A DNA stretch of 64,000 nucleotides from Polyangiales bacterium. Lineage in GTDB: Bacteria; Myxococcota_A; Polyangia; Polyangiales; Ga0077539. The notes under the pieces were generated by a model. The model was not told where the DNA came from and did no database searches. It was given only the letters and a program-made list of their open reading frames with translations. Position 1 is the stretch's first letter, and each line of letters begins with the position of its first letter. Location: the NCBI GenBank assembly GCA_044229975.1, contig JBGARZ010000005.1, positions 352,001 to 416,000 on the forward strand, read 5' to 3'. Positions 49,819 through 58,706 of this stretch are shown in pieces. The position numbers and the translations under genes are program-made.

Positions 49819-52800
49819 ATGGGACCCATCTACTCCGCCAGTGCCCGGGCACTGGGGCTCCTCGTGTTGGGCGCCGCGCTCGCGGTCGCCTGCTCCTCCA
49901 ACCAGAGCGTCATCGGGGGGACGGTCGACGCCGGCACCGACGTCGTGGTCGTCAACGACCTGGGCGTCCCGGACAACGGCGCCGTCGACGTCGGCACGCC
50001 CGACCGTCCAGACGTTTCGTCGGGCTGTCGCGCCAACGCCGACTGCGCCGCCAACAGCGCGGGCCTGCGGGTCTGCGACACCGCCTCGGGCCTCTGCGTG
50101 GCGTGCCTGCCCTCCAACGACACGTGCCCCGCCGACCAGCACTGCGTCGCGGGCATGAACGTCTGCGCCTCGGGCTGTCGCAACGACGACGGCTGCGCCG
50201 TCACCCCGACGGGCGACGGGGGTACCCCCGATGGCGGCGTGAGCGTCGAGCGCGGCCGCTGCAACGTCGCCACCAACTCCTGCGTGCAGTGCGTCATCAA
50301 CGACCACTGCCCCGCCGGCACCCGCTGCGCGGGCAACCAGTGCGTCCCCGGCTGCGACGCCGCGCGCGCCTGCCCGACGGGCCTCACCTGCTGCGACGGC
50401 GGCTGCGTCGACACGGCCCGCAACACCGCGAGCTGCGGCGCCTGCGGCACGACGTGCAGTGCCGCCAACGCCGAGCCCGGCTGCTTCGGCGGCGTGTGCG
50501 GCGTGGCCCGCTGCACCGCGCCCTTCGCCGACTGCGACGCCGTCGCGGCCAACGGCTGCGAGACCAACACCCTCAGCACCGTCAACCACTGCGGCGGCTG
50601 CGGCGTCGCGTGCCCGTCGCGCAGCAACGCCACCGTGAGCTGCACCGCGGGCACCTGCGCGTTCGCGTGCGACACGGGCTTCGCCGACTGCGACGGCGAC
50701 GCCAACAACGGCTGCGAGGTCGAGCTCGCCACGACGCCGTCGCACTGCGGGTCGTGCGCCAACGCCTGCACCGCCACGGCCGGGACGCCGGGCTGCGCCG
50801 CGGGCGCCTGCACCGTCGCGAGCTGCGACACGGGCTTCGGTGACTGCGACGGCAACGCCGCCAACGGCTGCGAGGTCAACCTCGGGTCGAGCATCGCCCA
50901 CTGCAACGCCTGCAACAACGCATGCCCCGCCCCCGCGGGCGGCGCGGCGGTGTGCGTCGCCGGGGTCTGCGGCCTCGGCACCTGCGCGACGGGCTTCGCC
51001 AACTGCGACGCGGCCGATGGCAACGGCTGCGAGGTCGACACGCGCACCACCCTCGCCCACTGCGGCGGCTGCGGGCAGTCGTGCGCGCCGGCCAACGCGA
51101 CGGGCACCTGCGCGGCGGGCGTGTGCGGCATCGGCGCCTGCACCACGGGCTTCGCCGACTGCGACGGCGTCGCGAGCAACGGCTGCGAGGTCAACCTCCA
51201 GACCGACCTGCGCCACTGCGGAACCTGCAACAACCTCTGCCCCACGCCCTCCAGCGGCAGCGCGGTGTGCTCCGCGGGCGCCTGCGGCATCGGCGCGTGC
51301 GACACGGGCTTCGGCGACTGCGACGGCAACACGGGCAACGGCTGCGAAACCGACACCCGCACCTCCACCGGCAACTGCGGTAATTGCAGCAACGCGTGCT
51401 CGGCCCGGCCCAACGCCGCGGCCTCGTGCGCGGCCAGCGTGTGCGGCCTCGGCACCTGCGCGACGGGCTTCGCCAACTGCGACGGCGACGCGAGCAACGG
51501 CTGCGAGGTCAACCTCCAGTCGACGCTCGCAAACTGCGGGGTGTGCGGCCGGGCGTGCAGCTTCGCCAACGGGGCGGCGGCGTGCACGGCGGGCGTCTGC
51601 GCGCTCGACGGCTGCAACGCGGGCTTCTCGGACTGCAACGCGATGGCCTCGGACGGCTGCGAGGTCAACACGGCCAGCACCGTGACGAGCTGCGGGACCT
51701 GCGGGCGCGTGTGCAGCTTCGCCAACGCGGCGGCGACGTGCGCGGCGGGCGCTTGCGTCTTCGGGGCCTGCACCGCGGGCTTCGGCGACTGCAACGCGTC
51801 GTCGGGTGACGGCTGCGAGACCGCGCTCAACACCGACTCGCGCAACTGCGGCGCGTGCGGGCGCGTCTGCGCGTCGGGGTCGGTCTGCGTCGCGGGCGCC
51901 TGCCAGTTCGGCGGCGGAACCGAAGACCGCACCATCACCACCGCGGTGGTGCTCGACCCGGTGCGCGCGGCGGCGCGGGGCTCCGTCGGGGCCTTCGTGC
52001 TCACGGTCTCCAGCGCGACGGGGGCCTTCGTCGTCGGGCAGACGGTGGTGATCCACCAGACGCAGGCGGCGGGCGCCACGGCCGGACGCTACGAGCTCAA
52101 CCGCATCACCGCGGTGGGCACTGGCACCATCAACCTCGCGACGGCGCTGTCCAACGAGTACACGCTCGCGGGCAACGACCGGGCGCAGGTGATGGTGGTG
52201 ACGGAGCTGCGCTCGCTCACCGTAGCGGTCGGCGGCTCGCTCGCGGCCGCGGCCTGGAACGGCACCCACGGCGGCATCCTCGCCCTCGACGTCGCCGGGG
52301 CGGTCAACGTCGCGGGGACGATCAGCATGGGCGGGCGGGGCTTCCGCTCGCAGGGCCACGCGTGCCTCTTCCACTGCGGTCGCGGCTTCCAGGGCGAAGG
52401 CTCGACGGGCGTCGGCGCGGCGAACATCACCCGCAACGGCTCCGGCGGCGGCGGCGGCGGCGCGGGCCAGGACGACGGCTCCGGCGGCGGCGGCGCGTAC
52501 GGCGGCGTCGGCGAGGATGGCGTCTACATCGCGGCCAACAACTGCGGGTCGTGCGCGGAGAGCTGCCCCATCCCCCACGGCCAGGGCGGCTCGGCGGTGG
52601 GCGGCACCAACCTCAGCGCGAGCGTGTTGTTCGGCGGCGCGGGCGGTGAAGGCGGCGCGGACGAGGACGGCGGCAGCCCCGGCGCAGGTGGCTTCGGCGG
52701 CGGCGCCATCCTCCTGCGCGCGGGCACCATCACCGTCACCGGATCGATCAACAGCAACGGCGGCGCGGGCACCCGCGGCAACAACGACTGCGGCGGCGGC

Positions 52801-53022
52801 GGCTGCGGCATGGGCGGCGGCGGTGGCGGCGCGGGCGGAGCGATCCGGCTCGTGGCGGCGACCAGCGTGACGCTCGGCACCGACCTGGTCGTGGCGCGCG
52901 GCGGAGCCTCCGCCAACGCCTCGTGTGACCGCGCCCGCAGCGGCGTCGGCGGCGTCGGGCGCGTGAGCGTCCTGGCGCCCGCCCTCGTCGGCACCACCTC
53001 CCCCACGCTCACCCGCGAGTAG
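49819..53022 (+). CDS. Large Cys-rich repeat lipoprotein with Gly-rich C-terminal domain
   Basis: Lipobox AVAC; 9 repeats of F.[DN]C[DN]....[ND]GCE......[HNS]C..C...C; Gly-rich tail. Confidence 0.85.
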   Translation: MGPIYSASARALGLLVLGAALAVACSSNQSVIGGTVDAGTDVVVVNDLGVPDNGAVDVGTPDRPDVSSGCRANADCAANSAGLRVCDTASGLCVACLPSNDTCPADQHCVAGMNVCASGCRNDDGCAVTPTGDGGTPDGGVSVERGRCNVATNSCVQCVINDHCPAGTRCAGNQCVPGCDAARACPTGLTCCDGGCVDTARNTASCGACGTTCSAANAEPGCFGGVCGVARCTAPFADCDAVAANGCETNTLSTVNHCGGCGVACPSRSNATVSCTAGTCAFACDTGFADCDGDANNGCEVELATTPSHCGSCANACTATAGTPGCAAGACTVASCDTGFGDCDGNAANGCEVNLGSSIAHCNACNNACPAPAGGAAVCVAGVCGLGTCATGFANCDAADGNGCEVDTRTTLAHCGGCGQSCAPANATGTCAAGVCGIGACTTGFADCDGVASNGCEVNLQTDLRHCGTCNNLCPTPSSGSAVCSAGACGIGACDTGFGDCDGNTGNGCETDTRTSTGNCGNCSNACSARPNAAASCAASVCGLGTCATGFANCDGDASNGCEVNLQSTLANCGVCGRACSFANGAAACTAGVCALDGCNAGFSDCNAMASDGCEVNTASTVTSCGTCGRVCSFANAAATCAAGACVFGACTAGFGDCNASSGDGCETALNTDSRNCGACGRVCASGSVCVAGACQFGGGTEDRTITTAVVLDPVRAAARGSVGAFVLTVSSATGAFVVGQTVVIHQTQAAGATAGRYELNRITAVGTGTINLATALSNEYTLAGNDRAQVMVVTELRSLTVAVGGSLAAAAWNGTHGGILALDVAGAVNVAGTISMGGRGFRSQGHACLFHCGRGFQGEGSTGVGAANITRNGSGGGGGGAGQDDGSGGGGAYGGVGEDGVYIAANNCGSCAESCPIPHGQGGSAVGGTNLSASVLFGGAGGEGGADEDGGSPGAGGFGGGAILLRAGTITVTGSINSNGGAGTRGNNDCGGGGCGMGGGGGGAGGAIRLVAATSVTLGTDLVVARGGASANASCDRARSGVGGVGRVSVLAPALVGTTSPTLTRE

Positions 53023-53127
53023 CAGAGCCCCAAGCACTACCCCTCCCCCAACGCTCGCGAACGCCGGTCTTCCGGCGATCGCGAGAACGCCGCGCTCCGA
53101 CCGCCCCCCGAACGCGCGTAGCGCTCG

Positions 53128-53685
53128 TCAGAGCCTGAAGCCGACGTTGATGTCGACGGTCGGTGCGAAGCGCGCGAAGCCCGGAAACGCCGCTGCTCCG
53201 TCGAAGGTCGCCGTGTGGTACTGCGCGCCGAGGCCGAGCCCGATGAGCCAGCGCTCGCCGAGGAGCCACGTCCATCCGACGCTCACCCCAACCGCGAGCG
53301 CGGGGCCGAGGAGCGACTGCCCGCCGCGGGTCGCGCCCACCGCCGCGGCCTGAACGAAGGGCGACACCCAGAAGCCGCCGGGAGCTGTTCCGAAGGGGTG
53401 CACGAAGGCTCTGCCGCGGAGGACGACGCCGATGACGTCACCCGCGGGGGTGTGGTCGCCGCCCGCGAGACCGAGCACGTTGGAGTTCACCATCCACGGG
53501 CTGTAGAGACCGGCGCTCGCCTGCGCGGTGACGAAGCAGCCGAGCGTTCGTTGGTAGCCGACGTTGATGACGTGCAGCCCGAGGTCGGCGACGATCGCGT
53601 TGGGACGTTGAGTGCAGGGCTGCGCCGAGGCCGCGGCGCCAGCGAGCAGGACGGAGAGCGCGACGGAGGCGACCGGGAGCTTCAT
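53128..53685 (-). CDS. Small outer-membrane beta-barrel (DUF3575-like)
   Basis: Signal peptide, amphipathic strands, ends INVGFRL; TATCGT 7 nt upstream of ATG. Confidence 0.65.
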   Translation of the reverse strand: MKLPVASVALSVLLAGAAASAQPCTQRPNAIVADLGLHVINVGYQRTLGCFVTAQASAGLYSPWMVNSNVLGLAGGDHTPAGDVIGVVLRGRAFVHPFGTAPGGFWVSPFVQAAAVGATRGGQSLLGPALAVGVSVGWTWLLGERWLIGLGLGAQYHTATFDGAAAFPGFARFAPTVDINVGFRL

Positions 53686-53734
53686 GGTCGCGACGATACG
53701 GAGAGACCAGCGCGAACGCGACGGATGATTCCGC

Positions 53735-54601
53735 TCAGCCGAACGCGCCGACGACGACGCGCCCGATCTCCGCGTGCGCCTCTTCCCTCGCGCGAAGGCT
53801 CGCCGCTGGCGCCTCCACGTAGGCCGCCACCACGATCGGCGCCCGGCCGGGTGGCCACGCCACCGCGACGTCATTGCACGCGCCGCGCTCGCCGGTTCCG
53901 GTCTTGTCGCCGACGCGCCAGGTTGGTGGCATCCCCGCGCGCAGTCGGGCACGTCCCGTCGACGAGGCGACCATCCACTCCGCGATGCGAGCGCGCGACG
54001 CGGGCGAGAGAACCCGCGGGGAGAGCAGCAGCGTCGCCATGGTGCGCGCCATCGCCGACGGCGTGGTGGTGTCGCGCGGGTCACCCGCGAGGTTGGTGTT
54101 GAGCGTCGGCTCGTTGCGGTCGAGCCGCGTGGTGGCGTCACCCATCGCACGCAGAAACGCGGTGAGCTCGGCGGGGCCGCCGAGTCGCGCGAGCAGCAGG
54201 TTGGCGGCGGTGTTGTCGCTTCGCTCGACTGCCGCGGCACACAGCGCTTCGACGGACATCGCGCCGTCAGCGAGATGCGCTCGCGTGTCCGGCGCGTACT
54301 CCAACAGGTCGGCCGCGGTGAACGGCACCCGCGTCGCGAACATCAGCGTCCCCTCGTCGACGCGCCGCAATGCCATGCACGCGAGGACAGCCTTGAAGGT
54401 CGAGCACATCGCGAAGCGCTCGTCGCCGCGGTGAGCGATGCGACGCTCGGAGCCCGCGTCCCACGCCGCTACGCCGATGCGTCCACCAAGGCGAGTCTCG
54501 ATGGCCGCGAGGCGCGCCAAGGTGCCGTCTTTCGTCCGATGGCACGCACCGATCGTGGCGACCGCGGCCCCGACAAGCAGCCGCCGTCGGTCGATGGACA
54601 C
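53735..54601 (-). CDS. bla: Class A beta-lactamase
   Basis: FAMCSTFK (SxxK), SDN, EPTLN (E166/N170), DTTTP, DKTG; N-terminal RRRLL and IGAC. Confidence 0.95.
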   Translation of the reverse strand: MSIDRRRLLVGAAVATIGACHRTKDGTLARLAAIETRLGGRIGVAAWDAGSERRIAHRGDERFAMCSTFKAVLACMALRRVDEGTLMFATRVPFTAADLLEYAPDTRAHLADGAMSVEALCAAAVERSDNTAANLLLARLGGPAELTAFLRAMGDATTRLDRNEPTLNTNLAGDPRDTTTPSAMARTMATLLLSPRVLSPASRARIAEWMVASSTGRARLRAGMPPTWRVGDKTGTGERGACNDVAVAWPPGRAPIVVAAYVEAPAASLRAREEAHAEIGRVVVGAFG

Positions 54602-54608
54602 GACCTGC

Positions 54609-57434
54609 CTACCGCCCCGCCGCCCCGCCCGCGGGCTCGCCCGGATCGGACCCGTGCCCGTCGTCCAGCGCGAGCGCGTCGACCCGTCGCACCAGCAGCG
54701 CGTCGAGCCCCCGCGGCGCCAACGCGTCCGGTCGCCCCGAGACCCACCCGGTGAGCGCGTCGCGCACCAGCGGCGGCGCCGCGTCGTAGCGACGCACCAC
54801 CTCCTCTGGCGCCTCGACCACCCTCCCCATCGCCGCCAGCAGTTCGCCCGCTGCCGCCGCGTTGTCCGTCGGCGATCGGTCGTTCTGCAACGTCACCCGC
54901 GACCCGTCAGGACCGCGGTACTCCTGCACCGCGCGCACCTTGCTGCCGAAGCGCCCCTGCACCCGCACGCTCCGGTCGCCCTCGCGCACCGCCGTCACCG
55001 CGCGGCCCGACTCCCACGGCGCGACCCGCACCGCCGCCACCACCCGCCGCCCCGGCGCCTCCGCCGTGCCCGCGAGCCGCAGCCGATGCATGCCCGCCTC
55101 GCCGCGCAATAGCCCGAACGCGTACGCCCCTCTCACACCCAGCAGCCACGACTCCTCGTCGTCGCGCGGGTCTCGCCACCACGTCGCGGTGTACCCGCGG
55201 TGCTTCGCCCACTCGACGTACAGCGCCGCCAGCCGGTCGCGCATCTCCGGTCCGCTCGCGCCCACGACGCGGCACTCCACCAGCGCGTCGGCCCGACCGA
55301 GGTCGCCCATCACCACCAGCTCGCGCCGCGCGTCACGCAGCGCCTCCTCCAGCGCCCGCACCTCCTGCGCCGCGCCCTCCAGCGCCCGCCGCGAGGCCCC
55401 CTTCTCCAGCGCATCCCGCGCGCCCGCCACGCGCTCCTCCAGCGCCTCGACCCGATCGATGAGCTCCGACTCGCGCTCCAGGGCCTGCTCGTTGGCCGCC
55501 GCCCGCGCCGCGTCGCGCCAGAACCCCGGAGCCTCGCGCTCGCCCAGCAGGGCGTTCTGCCGATCGACGGCGGCCGTGAGGTGCACCGTCTCGCGCAGGC
55601 CATCGAAGCTCGCCTCGGCCTGTTGGAGCATCACCCGCAGCACCTCGCGGTCGATGACCCGCGGGTCCGTTCGCCGCGATGGAACCTCGCTCGCCCGGTA
55701 CGTCCGCGACGTCTCGGTCTCGACGACGCGCACCCGGATGGCGCCGTCGCGCGGCGTGATGCGGAGGATCGACCCCGGCGCCACGGCCTCTTCCATCAGG
55801 GTCATGGCGAGCGGCAACACCAGCCGCTTCTGGATCTCCCGCTTGAGCGCCCGCGCCCCATAGCGGGCGTCGACCCCCTGCCGGATGACGAGGTCGAGCG
55901 CGGCGTCGTCGACGTCGACGGTGAGCCCCGGCGCCACGATGCCTTCGCGTTGGAGCACCCGCGCGAGCTCGAAGCGCGCGACGGTGCGCAGCTCGACCAG
56001 CGAGAGCGCGTGGAAGATGGTGACGTGCTGAAAGCGGTTGAGAAACTCGGGGCGAAACGACGCTTCGAGCGCCGCACGGATCTTCCCTTCGCGGTCATCG
56101 CCCGCGCGCTCGCCGAAGCCGACGGCGCGCGAGGTCTCCTGGGCGCCGACGTTGGAGGTGGCGATGACGATGGTGTTGCGGAAGTCCACCGCGTCGCCGT
56201 CGGGCGTGCTCATGCGCCCTTCATCGAGCAGCGGCAGGATGAGGTCCCAGAGGTTGGGGTGGGCCTTCTCCAGCTCGTCGAGCAGCACCACCTGGAAGGG
56301 CTGCGCGCGCACCGGATCGAGCAGCCGCGCGGGCGCATCGCGACGCCGCGGAGAGCCGAGCAGCAGCTCGAACGCGTGGTAGTCCTTGAACTCCGACAGG
56401 TCGAAGCGGAGCAGGCGGTCGGCGCTGCCGAAGACGAAGGTGGCGAGCAGCCGCGCGAGCTCGGTCTTGCCGACGCCGGTGGGGCCGACGAAGAGGAAGG
56501 TCCCGATGGGACGCCCGGTGTCGTGGAGGCCCGACTTGTAGAGGGCGATGGCCTCGACCATGGCGTCGATGGCCGCGCGCTGGCCCACGAGGCGCTCCTG
56601 AAACCACGCGCGCACCGAGCCCGCGGTCATCGTCACGGCGCGCGACACGATGAACGACGGCAGACCCGTCCGCCGCGCAAACGCCGTCTCCACGGCGGCG
56701 GGCGTGAGCTCTTCGTCGGCGAGGTCGGGCTGCTCGATGATCCATTGCAGGAGCCCGAGCGCGGGGCCCGGCTGGAGCTGCGCCCGCAGGAAACGCGACG
56801 TGAGCTGCACCATGGCGCGACGCACGCTCTCGTCGACGGCGCGGCCCGCTCCCTCGGCGACACGCTGGAGCACGGCGTCGACCTGCGCGGCGTCGAGCGG
56901 CGCCACGTCGAAGCGCTGGAGGAGGCGCGTGAAGCCGGGGATGCGGTCCATGGTGCGGAGGCGCTCGACGTTGAGCTCGACGACGACGTTGAGCTCGCCC
57001 GCTTCGAGCATGGGGCGCAGCGCGTCGAGCACGTTGTCCGTGGAGGTGTCCGAGGCGCCCGCGGTGTTGAGGTTCCAGGCGTCGGTGAAGAAGAGGATCT
57101 CGTTGCGCTCACGCGACTGCTTCACCCACGCGCGCAGCTTGGACTGCCAGTCGCCGAGGTAGTGGGTGCCGCTGAGGAGGTCCATGGTGGACACCCGCAC
57201 GAGGCCGCCTTCGCCGCGTTCGAGGCGGGCGCTGTGCACGCCCTGGAGCACGGCGGTCTTGCCCACGCCCGTCGGCCCGACCAGCATCACCGAGCGCCCC
57301 GCGGTGAGCTGCTCGTCGACGCGCGCGATCAGGTCGTCGCGGTACGGCACCCCGAGGCTCTGCCCCCCGAGCGCGAAGGGAGCGAGGGTGCGCCGCTCCT
57401 GGAGATACAGCCCGTAGTAATCCTTCTCGGCCAC
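54609..57434 (-). CDS. ClpA/C-type double AAA+ ATPase fused to a GGQ-less RF2-like domain
   Basis: Two GPTGVGKT motifs; D2 has LLDELEKAH, RPEFLNR, GAR and VGF; the C-terminal ~330 aa are collinear with RF2. GTG 57434 is supported by TGG-TATGGT 6 nt upstream. Confidence 0.88.
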   Translation of the reverse strand: MAEKDYYGLYLQERRTLAPFALGGQSLGVPYRDDLIARVDEQLTAGRSVMLVGPTGVGKTAVLQGVHSARLERGEGGLVRVSTMDLLSGTHYLGDWQSKLRAWVKQSRERNEILFFTDAWNLNTAGASDTSTDNVLDALRPMLEAGELNVVVELNVERLRTMDRIPGFTRLLQRFDVAPLDAAQVDAVLQRVAEGAGRAVDESVRRAMVQLTSRFLRAQLQPGPALGLLQWIIEQPDLADEELTPAAVETAFARRTGLPSFIVSRAVTMTAGSVRAWFQERLVGQRAAIDAMVEAIALYKSGLHDTGRPIGTFLFVGPTGVGKTELARLLATFVFGSADRLLRFDLSEFKDYHAFELLLGSPRRRDAPARLLDPVRAQPFQVVLLDELEKAHPNLWDLILPLLDEGRMSTPDGDAVDFRNTIVIATSNVGAQETSRAVGFGERAGDDREGKIRAALEASFRPEFLNRFQHVTIFHALSLVELRTVARFELARVLQREGIVAPGLTVDVDDAALDLVIRQGVDARYGARALKREIQKRLVLPLAMTLMEEAVAPGSILRITPRDGAIRVRVVETETSRTYRASEVPSRRTDPRVIDREVLRVMLQQAEASFDGLRETVHLTAAVDRQNALLGEREAPGFWRDAARAAANEQALERESELIDRVEALEERVAGARDALEKGASRRALEGAAQEVRALEEALRDARRELVVMGDLGRADALVECRVVGASGPEMRDRLAALYVEWAKHRGYTATWWRDPRDDEESWLLGVRGAYAFGLLRGEAGMHRLRLAGTAEAPGRRVVAAVRVAPWESGRAVTAVREGDRSVRVQGRFGSKVRAVQEYRGPDGSRVTLQNDRSPTDNAAAAGELLAAMGRVVEAPEEVVRRYDAAPPLVRDALTGWVSGRPDALAPRGLDALLVRRVDALALDDGHGSDPGEPAGGAAGR

Positions 57435-57497
57435 GACGCGACCATACCACCCGTCGTTGACCGCACCGCCCGTCAGGCGTGTTCTACTCCGCGACCG

Positions 57498-58706
57498 ATG
57501 GCGCGCCGGCTCGACTTCTGGTTCGACTACACCTGCCCCTACGCCTACCTCGCGAGCACCCAGGTGGAGGCCCTCGCGCGGCGCACGGGTGACGTCCTCC
57601 GCTGGCGCCCGATGCTGCTGGGCGGGGTGTTCAAGGCCAACAGCACGCCGCAGAAGCTCTTCGCGACGCTTTCGCCGCAGAAGGCCGCCCACAACGCCCA
57701 GGACCTCCAGCGCTGGGCTCGTCTGTACGACGTCCCGTTGACGATGCCCGCGGGTCACCCGCTGCGGTCGGTGGAGGCGCTGCGCGCGACGCTGGCCACC
57801 GGGTGCGACCCCCGGGTCATCCACGGTTTCTACCGGGCGTACTGGGTCGAGGGCCGGGAGATCTCACGGCCCGAGACCATGCGCGACGTGCTCGCGGCCG
57901 CGGGCCACGACGCTGACGCGGTGCTGCCGACGCTCGCGGGCGATGCGCTGCGCGACGCGCTGCGAACGGAGACCGAGCGGGCCATCGCGCTGGGCATCTT
58001 CGGCGCCCCGGCGTACGTGCTCGACGACGCGGTGATGTACTGGGGCGGCGACCGCGCGCACTTCGTCGAGGGGCTCCGACCGACTGATCTCATCCCGACT
58101 CCATCAAAGGACAAGCTCATGGCACACACGCTGGAAATCTATTGGGACTTCTCATCGCCCTTCGCGTACCTCGGCGCGACGCAGGCGAAGGCCCTGGCCG
58201 AGCGCACCGGGGCGACGCTCATCTGGCGCCCGATGCTGCTGGGCGGGCTCTTCAAGGCCATCGGGCAGGAGATGGTCCCGATGAACACCTGGAGCGACGC
58301 CAAGCGCCGCTACTACTTCGATGACATGAATCGGTGGGCGGAGTTCTGGGGTGTGCCCTTCAACTTTCCTGCGACCTTCCCGGTCAATAGCATCAAGGCG
58401 CTTCGCACCTACCTCGCGCTCCCGGCCGAGCGGCAGGACGCCTTCCGCGACGGCGTGTTTCGCGCGTACTGGGCAGAAGGGCGTGACATCAACGACGACA
58501 AGGTGCTGGCGGAGTTCATCGGCGACGACGCGGCGGCGGTGATGGCGCGCACGCAGGACCCGGCCGTGAAGCAGGCGCTGGTCGACGCCACCAAGAGGGC
58601 CGAGGCGGAGGGCGTGTTCGGCGCGCCGACCTGGGTCGTCGACGGCACGGATCTCTACTGGGGACAGGACCGTCTGCCGCTGGTCGAGCGCGCGCTCGCG
58701 AAGTGA
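57498..58706 (+). CDS. Tandem 2-hydroxychromene-2-carboxylate isomerase / kappa-GST (DsbA-like) domains
   Basis: Two domains, DYTCPYAY...WRPMLLGG...GIFGAP...WGGDR and DFSSPFAY...WRPMLLGG...GVFGAP...WGQDR. Confidence 0.88.
   Translation: MARRLDFWFDYTCPYAYLASTQVEALARRTGDVLRWRPMLLGGVFKANSTPQKLFATLSPQKAAHNAQDLQRWARLYDVPLTMPAGHPLRSVEALRATLATGCDPRVIHGFYRAYWVEGREISRPETMRDVLAAAGHDADAVLPTLAGDALRDALRTETERAIALGIFGAPAYVLDDAVMYWGGDRAHFVEGLRPTDLIPTPSKDKLMAHTLEIYWDFSSPFAYLGATQAKALAERTGATLIWRPMLLGGLFKAIGQEMVPMNTWSDAKRRYYFDDMNRWAEFWGVPFNFPATFPVNSIKALRTYLALPAERQDAFRDGVFRAYWAEGRDINDDKVLAEFIGDDAAAVMARTQDPAVKQALVDATKRAEAEGVFGAPTWVVDGTDLYWGQDRLPLVERALAK

Noticed and set aside
49816..53037. 1073-aa minus-strand ORF
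   Set aside because: Antisense shadow of the Cys-rich gene; long stop-free shadows are expected at this GC content.
55200..57497. Long N-terminal extension of the 1168-aa plus-strand ORF
   Set aside because: Antisense to the Clp-RF gene; the real protein starts at ATG 57498.
57435..57824. N-terminal 130 aa of the 1071-aa Clp ORF
   Set aside because: It overlaps the divergent isomerase gene; GTG 57434 with a -10-like box is the better start.
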